The notes below the pieces were generated by a model. It was not told the origin of the DNA. It was given only the letters and a program-made list of their open reading frames with translations, and did no database searches. Of a stretch of DNA of 64,000 nt, positions 19,180 through 28,223 are shown piece after piece. Source of the stretch: an uncultured Clostridia bacterium (GTDB taxonomy: Bacteria; Bacillota; Clostridia; TANB77; CAG-508); the NCBI GenBank assembly GCA_934121925.1, contig CAKOVK010000006.1:7-64006 (forward strand), given 5' to 3'. The stretch's first letter is position 1; each line of letters opens with the position of its first letter. The position numbers were made by a program, and so were the translations under genes.

Positions 19180-19931
19180 TTATTTTCCTATAAACATTTG
19201 TACATATATTTTTCCGTATTTTGGACTCTTTACAACCCCTATTCCTGTATAGTTGAAACTACTATTTAATATATTGGCTCTATGCCCTTCTGAATTCATC
19301 CACGCATTTACAGCTCCACTGTTACTTGAATTTCCCGCAATATTTTCCCCTGCTGTCTTATAGCTTATTCCAAAGCTTTTCATCATATTAAATGGAGAGC
19401 CATATGTTGGTGATGTGTGCGAAAAATAGTTACTATCTACCATATCTTGTGCTTTTATTCTTGCAATGTTTTGCACTTCATCATCTATTTTTAATGCTGA
19501 TAAGCCATTTGCAACTCTTTTTGCATTTATCAAATCAAATATCTCCTGTTCATCAGCTGTAAGTTCACTTTTGGTAGTATTGTTTGCATTTGGCTTTGTT
19601 GTGCTAGAATTGTTCCCCGCACTTCCGAGTATTAGGATATATCAGTTTAATATATTTACTGCTAACTGCTCCAATATAATCATTATCTGTTTGTACAATA
19701 TACCAATCTCCTATTTTTGCAAATAAGCGTATATATTGGTTTTTATACACTTTTGTTACTATTCCAAAATTTGTTCCGTGGCCCTTGTCTTACATTTAAT
19801 GTAGTTGCTGTAACAAATCCTGTTGGCGTACTTACTGTTTGATAATTTTTCATAGCCGTACTGCTTGTTAATATACTAATACCAAATATAAAAATAATAA
19901 AACATAAAAACATCTTTATCTTTAGTCTCAT
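19180..19931 (-). CDS. Secreted SH3b-domain plus CAP/SCP (YkwD-like) domain protein, 249 aa after two +1 corrections
   Basis: Signal peptide + SH3b piece (track 19743..19931: ...ATTLNVRQGP), a middle untracked frame (GTNFGIVTKVYKNQYIRLFAKIGDWYIVQTDNDYIGAVSSKYIKLIYPNT) and the CAP piece (track 19180..19533: ...FSHTSPTYGSPFNMM...NSEGHRANILN) join at in-frame CGG 19776-19778 and 19625-19627. Confidence 0.8.
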
Positions 19932-19986
19932 AAAAAATCAACTCCTAATAATAGTTTTAGCTATTTTTAGGAGTTTATACAAAAAT

Positions 19987-20415
19987 TTATTTAATTTCGC
20001 TTTGTTTAAAAAATTGTACAAAATTTATCATTGGAACTATAATGTTCGGCATTCCGCTTATTGCTGTGTTTGTATGTATATATGCCCTAATAAGATGTGA
20101 AAGTGTTGTTGCTCCATTTATTTTTAGCATTTCTTCAAAATCACTCTTTTTCAATTTAGCATTTCCACTAAAAAGCCCTCTCATCACTATTTGTATTTGT
20201 GCCATGCTTTTTTCTTTTGAAATTATTTCTAAAGTATTTGATAACTCAATTTCGCCAATTAACATGTCCTCTTTAGTTGTTATTCTAACTATTCCAAATC
20301 CTATTTGCCCATTTATCTTTGTATCCATATTTTCTGTTATTTTTCCGCTTGTTTTCAGGCTATATTCCTTTACATAGTTATCCAACATTTGAAATTGAGC
20401 TTGTATGTTTTTCAT
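19987..20415 (-). CDS. SecB-like chaperone (third gene of a TAC module)
   Basis: 142 aa. N-terminal FQMLDNYVKEYSLKTS resembles SecB FQIQRIYTKDISFEAP. C-terminal NGATTLSHLIRAYIHTNTAISGMPNIIVPMINFVQFF resembles SecB [36 protein letters not shown]. Start ATG 20413-20415 behind GAGGAAGG. Confidence 0.65.
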   Translation of the reverse strand: MKNIQAQFQMLDNYVKEYSLKTSGKITENMDTKINGQIGFGIVRITTKEDMLIGEIELSNTLEIISKEKSMAQIQIVMRGLFSGNAKLKKSDFEEMLKINGATTLSHLIRAYIHTNTAISGMPNIIVPMINFVQFFKQSEIK

Positions 20416-20863
20416 AACAATCTTTTCCTTCCTCATCAAATTTTATTTTTATTATATTAGAATCGCTTATAGTTTCAAAAGAATAATTCTGTGAAATAGA
20501 TTCTTTTGACTTTATTTTTGCTTGATATTTACTAATAGATATTTTACACAAGTTAGCTTTTATTTCATCTAAAATATCAATAAACATTTTTGAAGAATTT
20601 TTTAATTTTCTAGATATATTATAAATTGTTTTGAATGTAGGGTTATAATCTCCACTTTCTAATTTGGAAATCATTGTTTGATTTACTTTCAACTTTTTTG
20701 CAAGTTCCTTCTGGGTTAAATGGTTCTCTTTTCTATAATTTATTATTGCTTTTGATATAGTAAATAGTACTTCTTCAAATTCTAATATTCCATCAATTTC
20801 TGACATATCTTCTGATATATCAAAATCATCTGGATTAAACAGTTTTTTATAATCAATTTCCAT
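20378..20863 (-). CDS. XRE-family HTH antitoxin (HigA-like) with a long C-terminal extension
   Basis: HTH LTQKELAKKLKVNQTMISKLESGDYNPTFKTIYNISRKL. About 70 extra C-terminal residues, a candidate chaperone-addiction region. Start ATG 20861-20863 is 6 nt after GAGGTG. The 3' end overlaps the chaperone gene. Confidence 0.7.
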   Translation of the reverse strand: MEIDYKKLFNPDDFDISEDMSEIDGILEFEEVLFTISKAIINYRKENHLTQKELAKKLKVNQTMISKLESGDYNPTFKTIYNISRKLKNSSKMFIDILDEIKANLCKISISKYQAKIKSKESISQNYSFETISDSNIIKIKFDEEGKDCYEKHTSSISNVG

Positions 20864-20873
20864 CTTTATCACC

Positions 20874-21293
20874 TCAATTTCCAATAGTATTTAAATATAT
20901 TCTTATTGCTCTGTTAATATTATCTTTATATGAATTTTTTCCTTTTGTTTTATCTCCATCTTCATTAAAAGCACATAATAAAATAGTCTTTTGCATAGTA
21001 TTTTCATTTTCTATTACATATATACATTTTAAATTTGAATTTTCCCTATATTCATATCTATATAATGCTTTTCCTTTTAACAATTCTTTTTGTGGTTTAT
21101 TAAGACTTAATCTTTCATATCTGTTATACTCTTCGAAATTCTTTCTTCTAATATCTCTATAAAAATTTCTTACAAATTTTTTCACATTAGTTAATACTAG
21201 CTTCGTAATATCTTTTTCGAACTCTTCTGTTGCATATATATTATTTACTTTGAGGCTCTTTAGCATTTCTATTATATCATTTTCGTAATTCAT
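20874..21293 (-). CDS. HigB/Gp49-like (RelE-fold) toxin
   Basis: 139 aa. C-terminal half LKGKALYRYEYRENSNLKCIYVIENENTMQKTILLCAFNEDGDKTKGKNSYKDNINRAIRIY matches the HigB/Gp49 pattern (LYELR..YRI.Y......I.LL..F.KK..KTP..EI..A). It is the first gene of the toxin-antitoxin-chaperone order. Confidence 0.6.
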   Translation of the reverse strand: MNYENDIIEMLKSLKVNNIYATEEFEKDITKLVLTNVKKFVRNFYRDIRRKNFEEYNRYERLSLNKPQKELLKGKALYRYEYRENSNLKCIYVIENENTMQKTILLCAFNEDGDKTKGKNSYKDNINRAIRIYLNTIGN

Positions 21294-21319
21294 TCACTTC
21301 TCCCAAAGCCTATTTGCAC

Positions 21320-21371
21320 GCTATAATATTACTTATAAGTAATATTATAGCATATTTTTCTAATATTTCAA
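21320..21371 (-). promoter_or_regulatory. Promoter with an overlapping 32-bp perfect palindrome (candidate antitoxin operator)
   Basis: Sense strand: TTGAAA (21366-21371), 16 bp, TGcTATAAT (-10 at 21344-21349). Palindrome gctataatattactta|taagtaatattatagc spans 21320-21351, just upstream of the toxin start. Confidence 0.6.
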
Positions 21372-21491
21372 GAAAAACTTTTCGACAAAATCTTACAAAC
21401 AAGCTAAATATTTTTTATATTATAAATTATATTTATCACGTAAATATATTATTTGCAAGAAAATTCGTTTGCCTTGTTTCGACATAAATTT

Positions 21492-21538
21492 TAGAGGTAA
21501 TTAATTCTTTCTCTAGAACTCATTACCTCTATTTTTTT
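21492..21538. terminator. Stem-loop at the distal end of the T4SS-like cluster
   Basis: tagaggtaat (21492-21501) pairs with attacctcta (21522-21531). The T-run lies only on the plus-strand side, so termination of the minus-strand operon is uncertain. Confidence 0.35.
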
Positions 21539-21564
21539 ATAATTATTGTACCTCTTATCTTATT

Positions 21565-22905
21565 TTATTCGCCTCTTTTTCTTGGGCCTTGGTCTGGAGT
21601 TCTTCCACCTTGGTCTCTTTCAGAACTTTTTTGTACTCTTTCAACTGCTTCCTCATATGAAATCGAGTCATTTTCCATTAATAACTCTACTATTTTTTCA
21701 GCTTGTTTATCTATTTTATCGTCTATATAATCTAAGTATCCTGGCATTGCACCTTTCATTTTTTCTTTTATGTCCATTCTTTTGTATAAGTCTTCTTTTA
21801 TTTGTTCTTTTGTTAATCTTATATTTTGTTCTCTATTTCCTTCTATTTCATACTCTTGTACTCCTTTTTCTTTTGAAGGAACCCCTCTTTTTTCAAAATT
21901 TTCTGCTCTTTCATATTCATCTGCTTTTCTAGATAAGTCTTGAGAAGAATTATTTCTATGGTCTAAAAATTCTCTAGCATCTGCTGATTCTTGTATAGTG
22001 TTTTTTCCTTCTGCTTCTGGTACCATAATTCCCCAATACTGTTTTTGATCTCCTGCTTGTTGTCTACAATAAACTAATTCAGTTTGTCCATGTTCATTTC
22101 TTGTTACTGCATATGCTGTTTTAGAATCTATTTTAAATACAGATAATGGTTTAATTTCTTCTATTTTTTCTCCTGTCACTTTTTTTATTGTAATATCTGG
22201 ATTTTTTCCGCCTGTTTGTTTCTCTTGTTCACTTTTTATTTCTTCTTTTTTTCCTTCATTATCTTTTCCTATTGCTTTCCAAGAATATGGGTCTTTTCCT
22301 CTCATTATATATACATCTTCATATTTTTTATCAAATTCAGTCACTTTTGAAAAAGTCTCATGCTCTGTAACCTTCTCGTTATCATCTCTTTTTATATGTA
22401 TAACATCTTTTGAACTAATATTATATTCTTGTGCAATTTCTTCTATGTCCTTATCTTTATCATCTTCTAAATCTGGTTTTTCTTCATCTTCCTCTTTTTC
22501 TTCTTTTTCATCATCTGTGTTCTTATCTTCTTCGCTATTTTCTTTCTCTTCTTTTTCTTTCTCAAGCTCTTTTAAATATTCAATGTCTGGAAGTCCTAAG
22601 TCTTCGTATTTTGCAACTGGTCTTTTTCCGCTTTCTAGCACTTTTTTAATATTTTTTAATTCTTCTATATTATATGAAAATTCTTCATCTTTATTTACAG
22701 TTGCTATTTGCTTTCCAAATAAGCTTATTTGATAAACCTCTTTTTCTTTCTTTACATCTATATTAATGTCAGTTCCTTCAATAGTAATTGTTGCATTGTC
22801 ATTTTCCATTTCATTTATTATTTGCATTATTACTTGCTCAAATTGTTCTTTTATTTTTTCCTCTTTTGCAAAATCTTTTCCTTCCATTCCTTCATTTTCT
22901 GCCAT
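21565..22905 (-). CDS. Highly acidic hypothetical protein, no signal peptide (last gene of the T4SS-like cluster)
   Basis: 446-aa ORF with E/D/K-rich tracts (EKEKEEKENSEEDKNTDDEKEEKEEDEEKPDLEDDKDKD). No family recognised. Candidate substrate or accessory factor by position only. Confidence 0.5.
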   Translation of the reverse strand: MAENEGMEGKDFAKEEKIKEQFEQVIMQIINEMENDNATITIEGTDINIDVKKEKEVYQISLFGKQIATVNKDEEFSYNIEELKNIKKVLESGKRPVAKYEDLGLPDIEYLKELEKEKEEKENSEEDKNTDDEKEEKEEDEEKPDLEDDKDKDIEEIAQEYNISSKDVIHIKRDDNEKVTEHETFSKVTEFDKKYEDVYIMRGKDPYSWKAIGKDNEGKKEEIKSEQEKQTGGKNPDITIKKVTGEKIEEIKPLSVFKIDSKTAYAVTRNEHGQTELVYCRQQAGDQKQYWGIMVPEAEGKNTIQESADAREFLDHRNNSSQDLSRKADEYERAENFEKRGVPSKEKGVQEYEIEGNREQNIRLTKEQIKEDLYKRMDIKEKMKGAMPGYLDYIDDKIDKQAEKIVELLMENDSISYEEAVERVQKSSERDQGGRTPDQGPRKRGE

Positions 22906-22920
22906 AGTATAACCTCCTTT

Positions 22921-24231
22921 TTAATTAACATTGAATGACATTTCGAAATCTGTTCCTTCATTTAGTTTCATAATTATTGTCTTTTCAATACTTTCGTTTT
23001 CATTATTTGCATTACTAATTCTTACATTGTATATGTATATTCCATTTTGTTCTTCAAATCTTTCATATGTAACTTCATTATTTTCGAAAAAGTTATTTTT
23101 TATATAGTTTTCAAAGCTTTCTTGAGATTTAAAGTATTTTTGCTTAAATTCAGATGATAATAGGTTATATAAGTAATAATAGCTTTTGTCATTTATCCCT
23201 AATATAAACTTATTAACATTTACTATTACTTTTTGTTTTTCATCCATTTTATAATACTGTTCAATAAAATCTTCATTTGGTATAACATAATTATCTAAAA
23301 TCACTTTATATCTTAAAACTCCATCTTTTTCTATAAAATAATAATAGTTATCTTTTTCATCTTTGCAAATATATATTTTTTCTCCATCTCTCGACATTTC
23401 TGTTTTGTATTCTTTTATATCTGCTGTAAAATATTCTATTTTTTTACTTTTAACATATTCTTCAAAATCATCTATATTTTTAAATTTTGCTTTTGAATAT
23501 TCTTCATCTAATATTCCATATGCAGACTCTTCATCATATATTAGCTTGTTTTTATAATTCTTAAAGTAATTTTTAGCCATTTCCTCATTGGAAACTTTTA
23601 AATATTTAAATGAATTACCTCCTCTATCCTCTATTTTATCAACAGCTAAACTCACTGTATCTCCAATTTTCAATTTATCATAGCCTTTCTTTTTCATATA
23701 TTCATAATTATATATATTAAACCTTTCATTTACATTATCTAATTCAATCATTAAATTAAGTTCTTTTTTTTCCATATCTACTACATTATAATAATTTCCA
23801 TATATAAAATATAAATTAACATATTCTCTATCTATAGAATATATTTCACTTGTTTCAAATTCATAATATCCTAAAGTTTCTTCTAAGCTCTTTATTCCCA
23901 CGATGTCTAATATATTATTTTCATTTATATTGTTTTCACTTACATAATTTCTGTCAAACATTTTAATTAATATTTCACTGTTATTTGAAGAGGCAGCATC
24001 TATATATCTATTTATTATACTTATAATAGTATAATATGTATTGCAATCTTTTTCATATGCTAATTTATTCTTTCCTGTTTCATCTAATTGAATATAATCT
24101 TCTATATTTGCTGAATCCAAAGAATAGTCGTTTTTGTTAATATTATTCTTATTTAACATTACATAGAGAATAATCACAATAATTAATAATACCATTAAAA
24201 AAACTATCATAGATCTTAATTTTTTTTTCAT
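22921..24231 (-). CDS. N-terminally anchored extracytoplasmic protein, T4SS-associated (possible VirB8/TcpC-like role)
   Basis: 436 aa. Single N-terminal TM helix (MIVFLMVLLIIVIILYVML). Role is inferred from position and topology only. Confidence 0.45.
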   Translation of the reverse strand: MKKKLRSMIVFLMVLLIIVIILYVMLNKNNINKNDYSLDSANIEDYIQLDETGKNKLAYEKDCNTYYTIISIINRYIDAASSNNSEILIKMFDRNYVSENNINENNILDIVGIKSLEETLGYYEFETSEIYSIDREYVNLYFIYGNYYNVVDMEKKELNLMIELDNVNERFNIYNYEYMKKKGYDKLKIGDTVSLAVDKIEDRGGNSFKYLKVSNEEMAKNYFKNYKNKLIYDEESAYGILDEEYSKAKFKNIDDFEEYVKSKKIEYFTADIKEYKTEMSRDGEKIYICKDEKDNYYYFIEKDGVLRYKVILDNYVIPNEDFIEQYYKMDEKQKVIVNVNKFILGINDKSYYYLYNLLSSEFKQKYFKSQESFENYIKNNFFENNEVTYERFEEQNGIYIYNVRISNANNENESIEKTIIMKLNEGTDFEMSFNVN

Positions 24232-24252
24232 AATTTACCTCTTAAATATATT

Positions 24253-27200
24253 TTATTTTGGTCTGTCCAAATACACATAGCCTAACAAGCTATATCCCCA
24301 CATACTTTTCATCTCTTCTATAGAAAGTGTTGTAATTCCAAACCAGCTTTTTCCTCCGCCGGCATGGCTAATATATGCCTTTTTATTAATGTTATCTACT
24401 GCTTCCACATACGCAACATGCCCTGCATTGTTCCCATCTTTCCAAACGACTATAGAGTTTGCTCTTGGTTCTAATCCACAATCAAAATATTTCTTTCCTC
24501 CATCTGTTGATGCATCATACCAGTTTCTAGCATTGTTTTTAGTTCCTGGCCACTTTTTGTACTTAGTTCCATTTATCTCTAAAAATTGATTTGCTCTTCC
24601 ATATACATACCATGTACATTGAAATCTATATCCTGCACTAGTAAACCAGTTATTTTGGCTGTTCCACCATTTTGCAAAAGGTCCACTTTGTTTTTCGTAA
24701 GTTCTTGTATGTATTTTTGTATTAAGTAAATCAAATGTCAACCAATTTTCTAGTTTGTTAATCTCCCCTTCGTTTACGCTTCCATCTTGATTATATAAAT
24801 TTATATTATTTGTAATTCCGCTATCTATGTCAATATTAGTCGTTCCTTTATAATATTCATCTATTCCATGTCCAGTTCCATTTTTTATATCATATCCAAA
24901 ATATCCAGTTTGAAATAAACACCACTCTGACTTTCTTCTATTTTCCCATCCTATTGGATGTGTACCACTAGATGCATAATTTAGCCATGTCATATAATTT
25001 GTAAATAATCCATTTGAGAAATCTGTTTTTTTATAATCACCATAATAATCATCATTATTCACACTTTTATAATATTTGTTATATGCTGAATTGAAATTTT
25101 CTTCTGATGGATATTTAAATGTTCTCGTAGCACGTTCTAATCCTCCTGCAACGCCGTAATTATAACATCTGCTCATAAGTGCATAAATCTGATACTGCGT
25201 AAGATTTAAACTTGATGTTTTAGTAATTACACTGTTTTGTACATTACTTATTTCATCTGCCTCTATCTGATTTACTATTTCTACTGGAATCAAATCTCCT
25301 TCATTTGTACTATACCCTAACAATCTTATAGTTCTTCCATGTGTTGCTATGTCTACACCATATCCTACAGCTAACCCACCACCGCCGGTCTGGCAAAACT
25401 TTATAACATTCAATTCCTTTGTCATTTTTATATACAGGTGCCTCTGCTCCAGCTTCCCATGATCTTAAATATCTTACAAATTGCTTAAACGAATTTGCAG
25501 ATCCTGCTGTTTCCAAATTTTTTATTTCCATTACATCTAAAATATCATTTAAATCATCTTCTGTTACTCCATAATCTACACTAGTACATACATATAGTAA
25601 ATATTTCATAATTGAGACATAATCTACAGTCGATTGAGTTTCTTCTAACATTTCAAATAGCCATGAAGAAACATTTTCTAACTGTGCTTCTGTTTTAGGG
25701 TGTTTGTCATATATCTCTTTAAAGCTTTTTCCTATATTTTCTACTGTTTTTGTTCCTGCCTCATATTTATATTCTTCTGTTTTTGTTTTATTTGATGCTA
25801 TTCTACCTGTTCTTATTAAATGCCCTTGTTTTTTTGCATTTATTATTGTACAACTTATTATTTTTTCAACTTCTCTGCTAGGTGGTAGAATATTTTTACT
25901 ATATCCTTGTTTAGATTTTTTAAATTTTTGTATATCTTTGTCTGTAGAAGGTAAAGATATTTTCTCTTCTTCTAAATCCATTTCTTCTGGTTCAAATTCT
26001 GTTTGTCCTAGATCTTCAACCGGCTCACTCCCTGTAGGTGGTTTGTATATGTATTTATTTGATATATCACCTAACCAAGATTTAACTGATGTTAACCCTA
26101 CTACATAACTATTATCTTTTGTTACTGTTGTCGTTTTTAATGTATAGTTTATCTGTTTTTCTTCTGATACTGGACTTACTTCTTCTTCAGCAAAGTTATC
26201 GGTATAATTATTTGTATTTTCTACTCCTTTAATTATATCTTTTATTGTAATTTTGGTATCTGTTTTATAATCTGCCCATTTTTTATAGGTAGTTTTTTCT
26301 TCTGTTTCTTCTAGTACTGTTGTGGTTATCACTTTTGTATTATCATATACAGTAAGCTCTATTGTACTATCAAATGCTAAATCTGCTAAATCATTAACAA
26401 AATCTGTATCTTCTGTATTGATTAATAAAGATAACACTAATTCAAAAGGAATTGTATGTATTCCAATCATATTTCTATAGTTTATAGAAGTTTCCGTTAT
26501 ATTTATTTGTTCTCCTGTGTTTTTATATTGCTCTTTAATATCATCTGGCATATCTCCGTCTATTTCATATTTTGTTTCTATAGAACTCCAATTAGCAACA
26601 ATTATATTTCCATCCTTAATACTGAAATAATTTAAAGCTTTCTCATCTTTAATATTAGTAAAATCCTCATATGGCTTATATGTTAAATTAATTATATTCC
26701 CATCTGTCTTTCCTCTTTTTATAGTTATTACACCTTGAATATCTTCACTATCTATGTCTGTATTATCAACATCTTCTCCTAAATTTGGGTAAGTTGTCGC
26801 CCATTCTGCCTTTAAACATTTATATAGGCATTCTATCTCTTCATCAGTAAAATCTTCAAAATTCATATCATTATCTTCTAGGATTTCTTGTAATGCTTCT
26901 TTCCCTGTAACTTCTTTTCCTTCATTATTTTTATATTTTATTTTATACTTTCCATTTTCCATTGCCAAAACTGTATTCAATGCTTCATTTCCAATTGCTT
27001 TTTCTTTTACTGTTGCTGCTTTTGCTTTAGTATCTAAATCATTAAAGTACACGGCTGCTGCTAAAAAAACTGTTGCTAGTATACTACTAGCTAGAACAAC
27101 TAATATAAGAATTGCTATTCCCTTTGCTCCCAATACTGTTACAATTTTTTTAATTATTTCCTTTTTAGCTTTATCTTTTGCTGCTTCAGAAAACTTATTT

Positions 27201-27256
27201 ACAGTATTTTTCATTTTTTCCTTATATTGTTTGTCCTCTTCATTCATTTTTTTCAC
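24253..27256 (-). CDS. T4SS-associated cell-wall hydrolase with C-terminal CHAP domain, 1000 aa after one +1 correction (VirB1 analogue)
   Basis: Track ORFs 25310..27256 (N-terminal TM helix, long ectodomain) and 24253..25425 join at in-frame CGG 25385-25387 (..YKVLPD-G-GGGLAVGYGVD..). CHAP signature RFQCTWYVYGRA ... NAGHVAYVEAV lies near the C-terminus. Confidence 0.8.
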
Positions 27257-27273
27257 CTCTTTTAGCTTAGCAT

Positions 27274-28212
27274 TTATAATCCTATTTCAATTCTAGTTCT
27301 ATTTTCAAAATCATCTTTATTTTCACTGTTTCTGTAAGCATCGTAATCTAATATTATATCTGAAAATACAATTCTTTCTATTTTTCTTTCTGTTGAATAT
27401 TTCTTGTTAAATTTTATACTTATTTTCTTTTTACCTTTTACTCTCAATTCTTCTTTTACCATTTCATGGTTATACGCATAATAATGTAAATTTTCTTCAT
27501 CTTCTAAATACATATTATCTGTTTTTTCTAAAAGATCTAATATTATAGAATTTTTAGTTTTATTTTCTACTTCTATATTATATATTTCGTACTCCATATA
27601 AACATCTTTGCTTAGAGCTACAATTTTTAATTCTGATGTTTCTTTGGATTTGTTTATTTCCACACTTCCAACATAATTATTTATATTTAGCTTATATACG
27701 TTGTCCTCTTTTGCAATTGTATAATAGTCTTCTATTGACGCAGAATTTACATTTCCACTTGCTAAAATATCTTCTTTTAGGTTAACTTTATATGTATAAT
27801 AATTTCCACTAGATATCCACAATTGGATACTATATGTTTTTTTATTTTCAAATATTCTGTTATAATAATTATTTATAAAATCTTCTAATGTTGGATATAG
27901 TTTTTCTTTGCATTCGTTTGATATTAGCTTGTATGCTTCTTCTGCATTTTTATTATTACAAAGCTCAATAAACTCATCAATTATATTGGAAAATTCATCA
28001 CTTTCCTTATCCTCTATATTTTTTTCTGATATAACTGAATATTTTTTATTGTTATAAGTAGTAGTATTGTTAGTACTACTACTTACATCTTTCTTGTTAT
28101 TTTTTGCATATTGGTTAAGTGCTTGTGGTATACTGATAATTATAATAGAAATTACTACTACTAACCAAAAGGTTTTTCTATTTCTGTTATACCATCTTAT
28201 AAATCTATTCAT
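27274..28212 (-). CDS. N-terminally anchored extracytoplasmic protein, T4SS-associated (possible NTF2-like VirB8/TraM analogue)
   Basis: 312 aa with TM helix FWLVVVISIIIISIP. The segment IDEFIELCNNKNAEEAYKLISNECKEKLYPTLEDFINNYY is reminiscent of NTF2-like lipoprotein domains (inference). Confidence 0.4.
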   Translation of the reverse strand: MNRFIRWYNRNRKTFWLVVVISIIIISIPQALNQYAKNNKKDVSSSTNNTTTYNNKKYSVISEKNIEDKESDEFSNIIDEFIELCNNKNAEEAYKLISNECKEKLYPTLEDFINNYYNRIFENKKTYSIQLWISSGNYYTYKVNLKEDILASGNVNSASIEDYYTIAKEDNVYKLNINNYVGSVEINKSKETSELKIVALSKDVYMEYEIYNIEVENKTKNSIILDLLEKTDNMYLEDEENLHYYAYNHEMVKEELRVKGKKKISIKFNKKYSTERKIERIVFSDIILDYDAYRNSENKDDFENRTRIEIGL

Positions 28213-28223
28213 TCTTTATTCTC

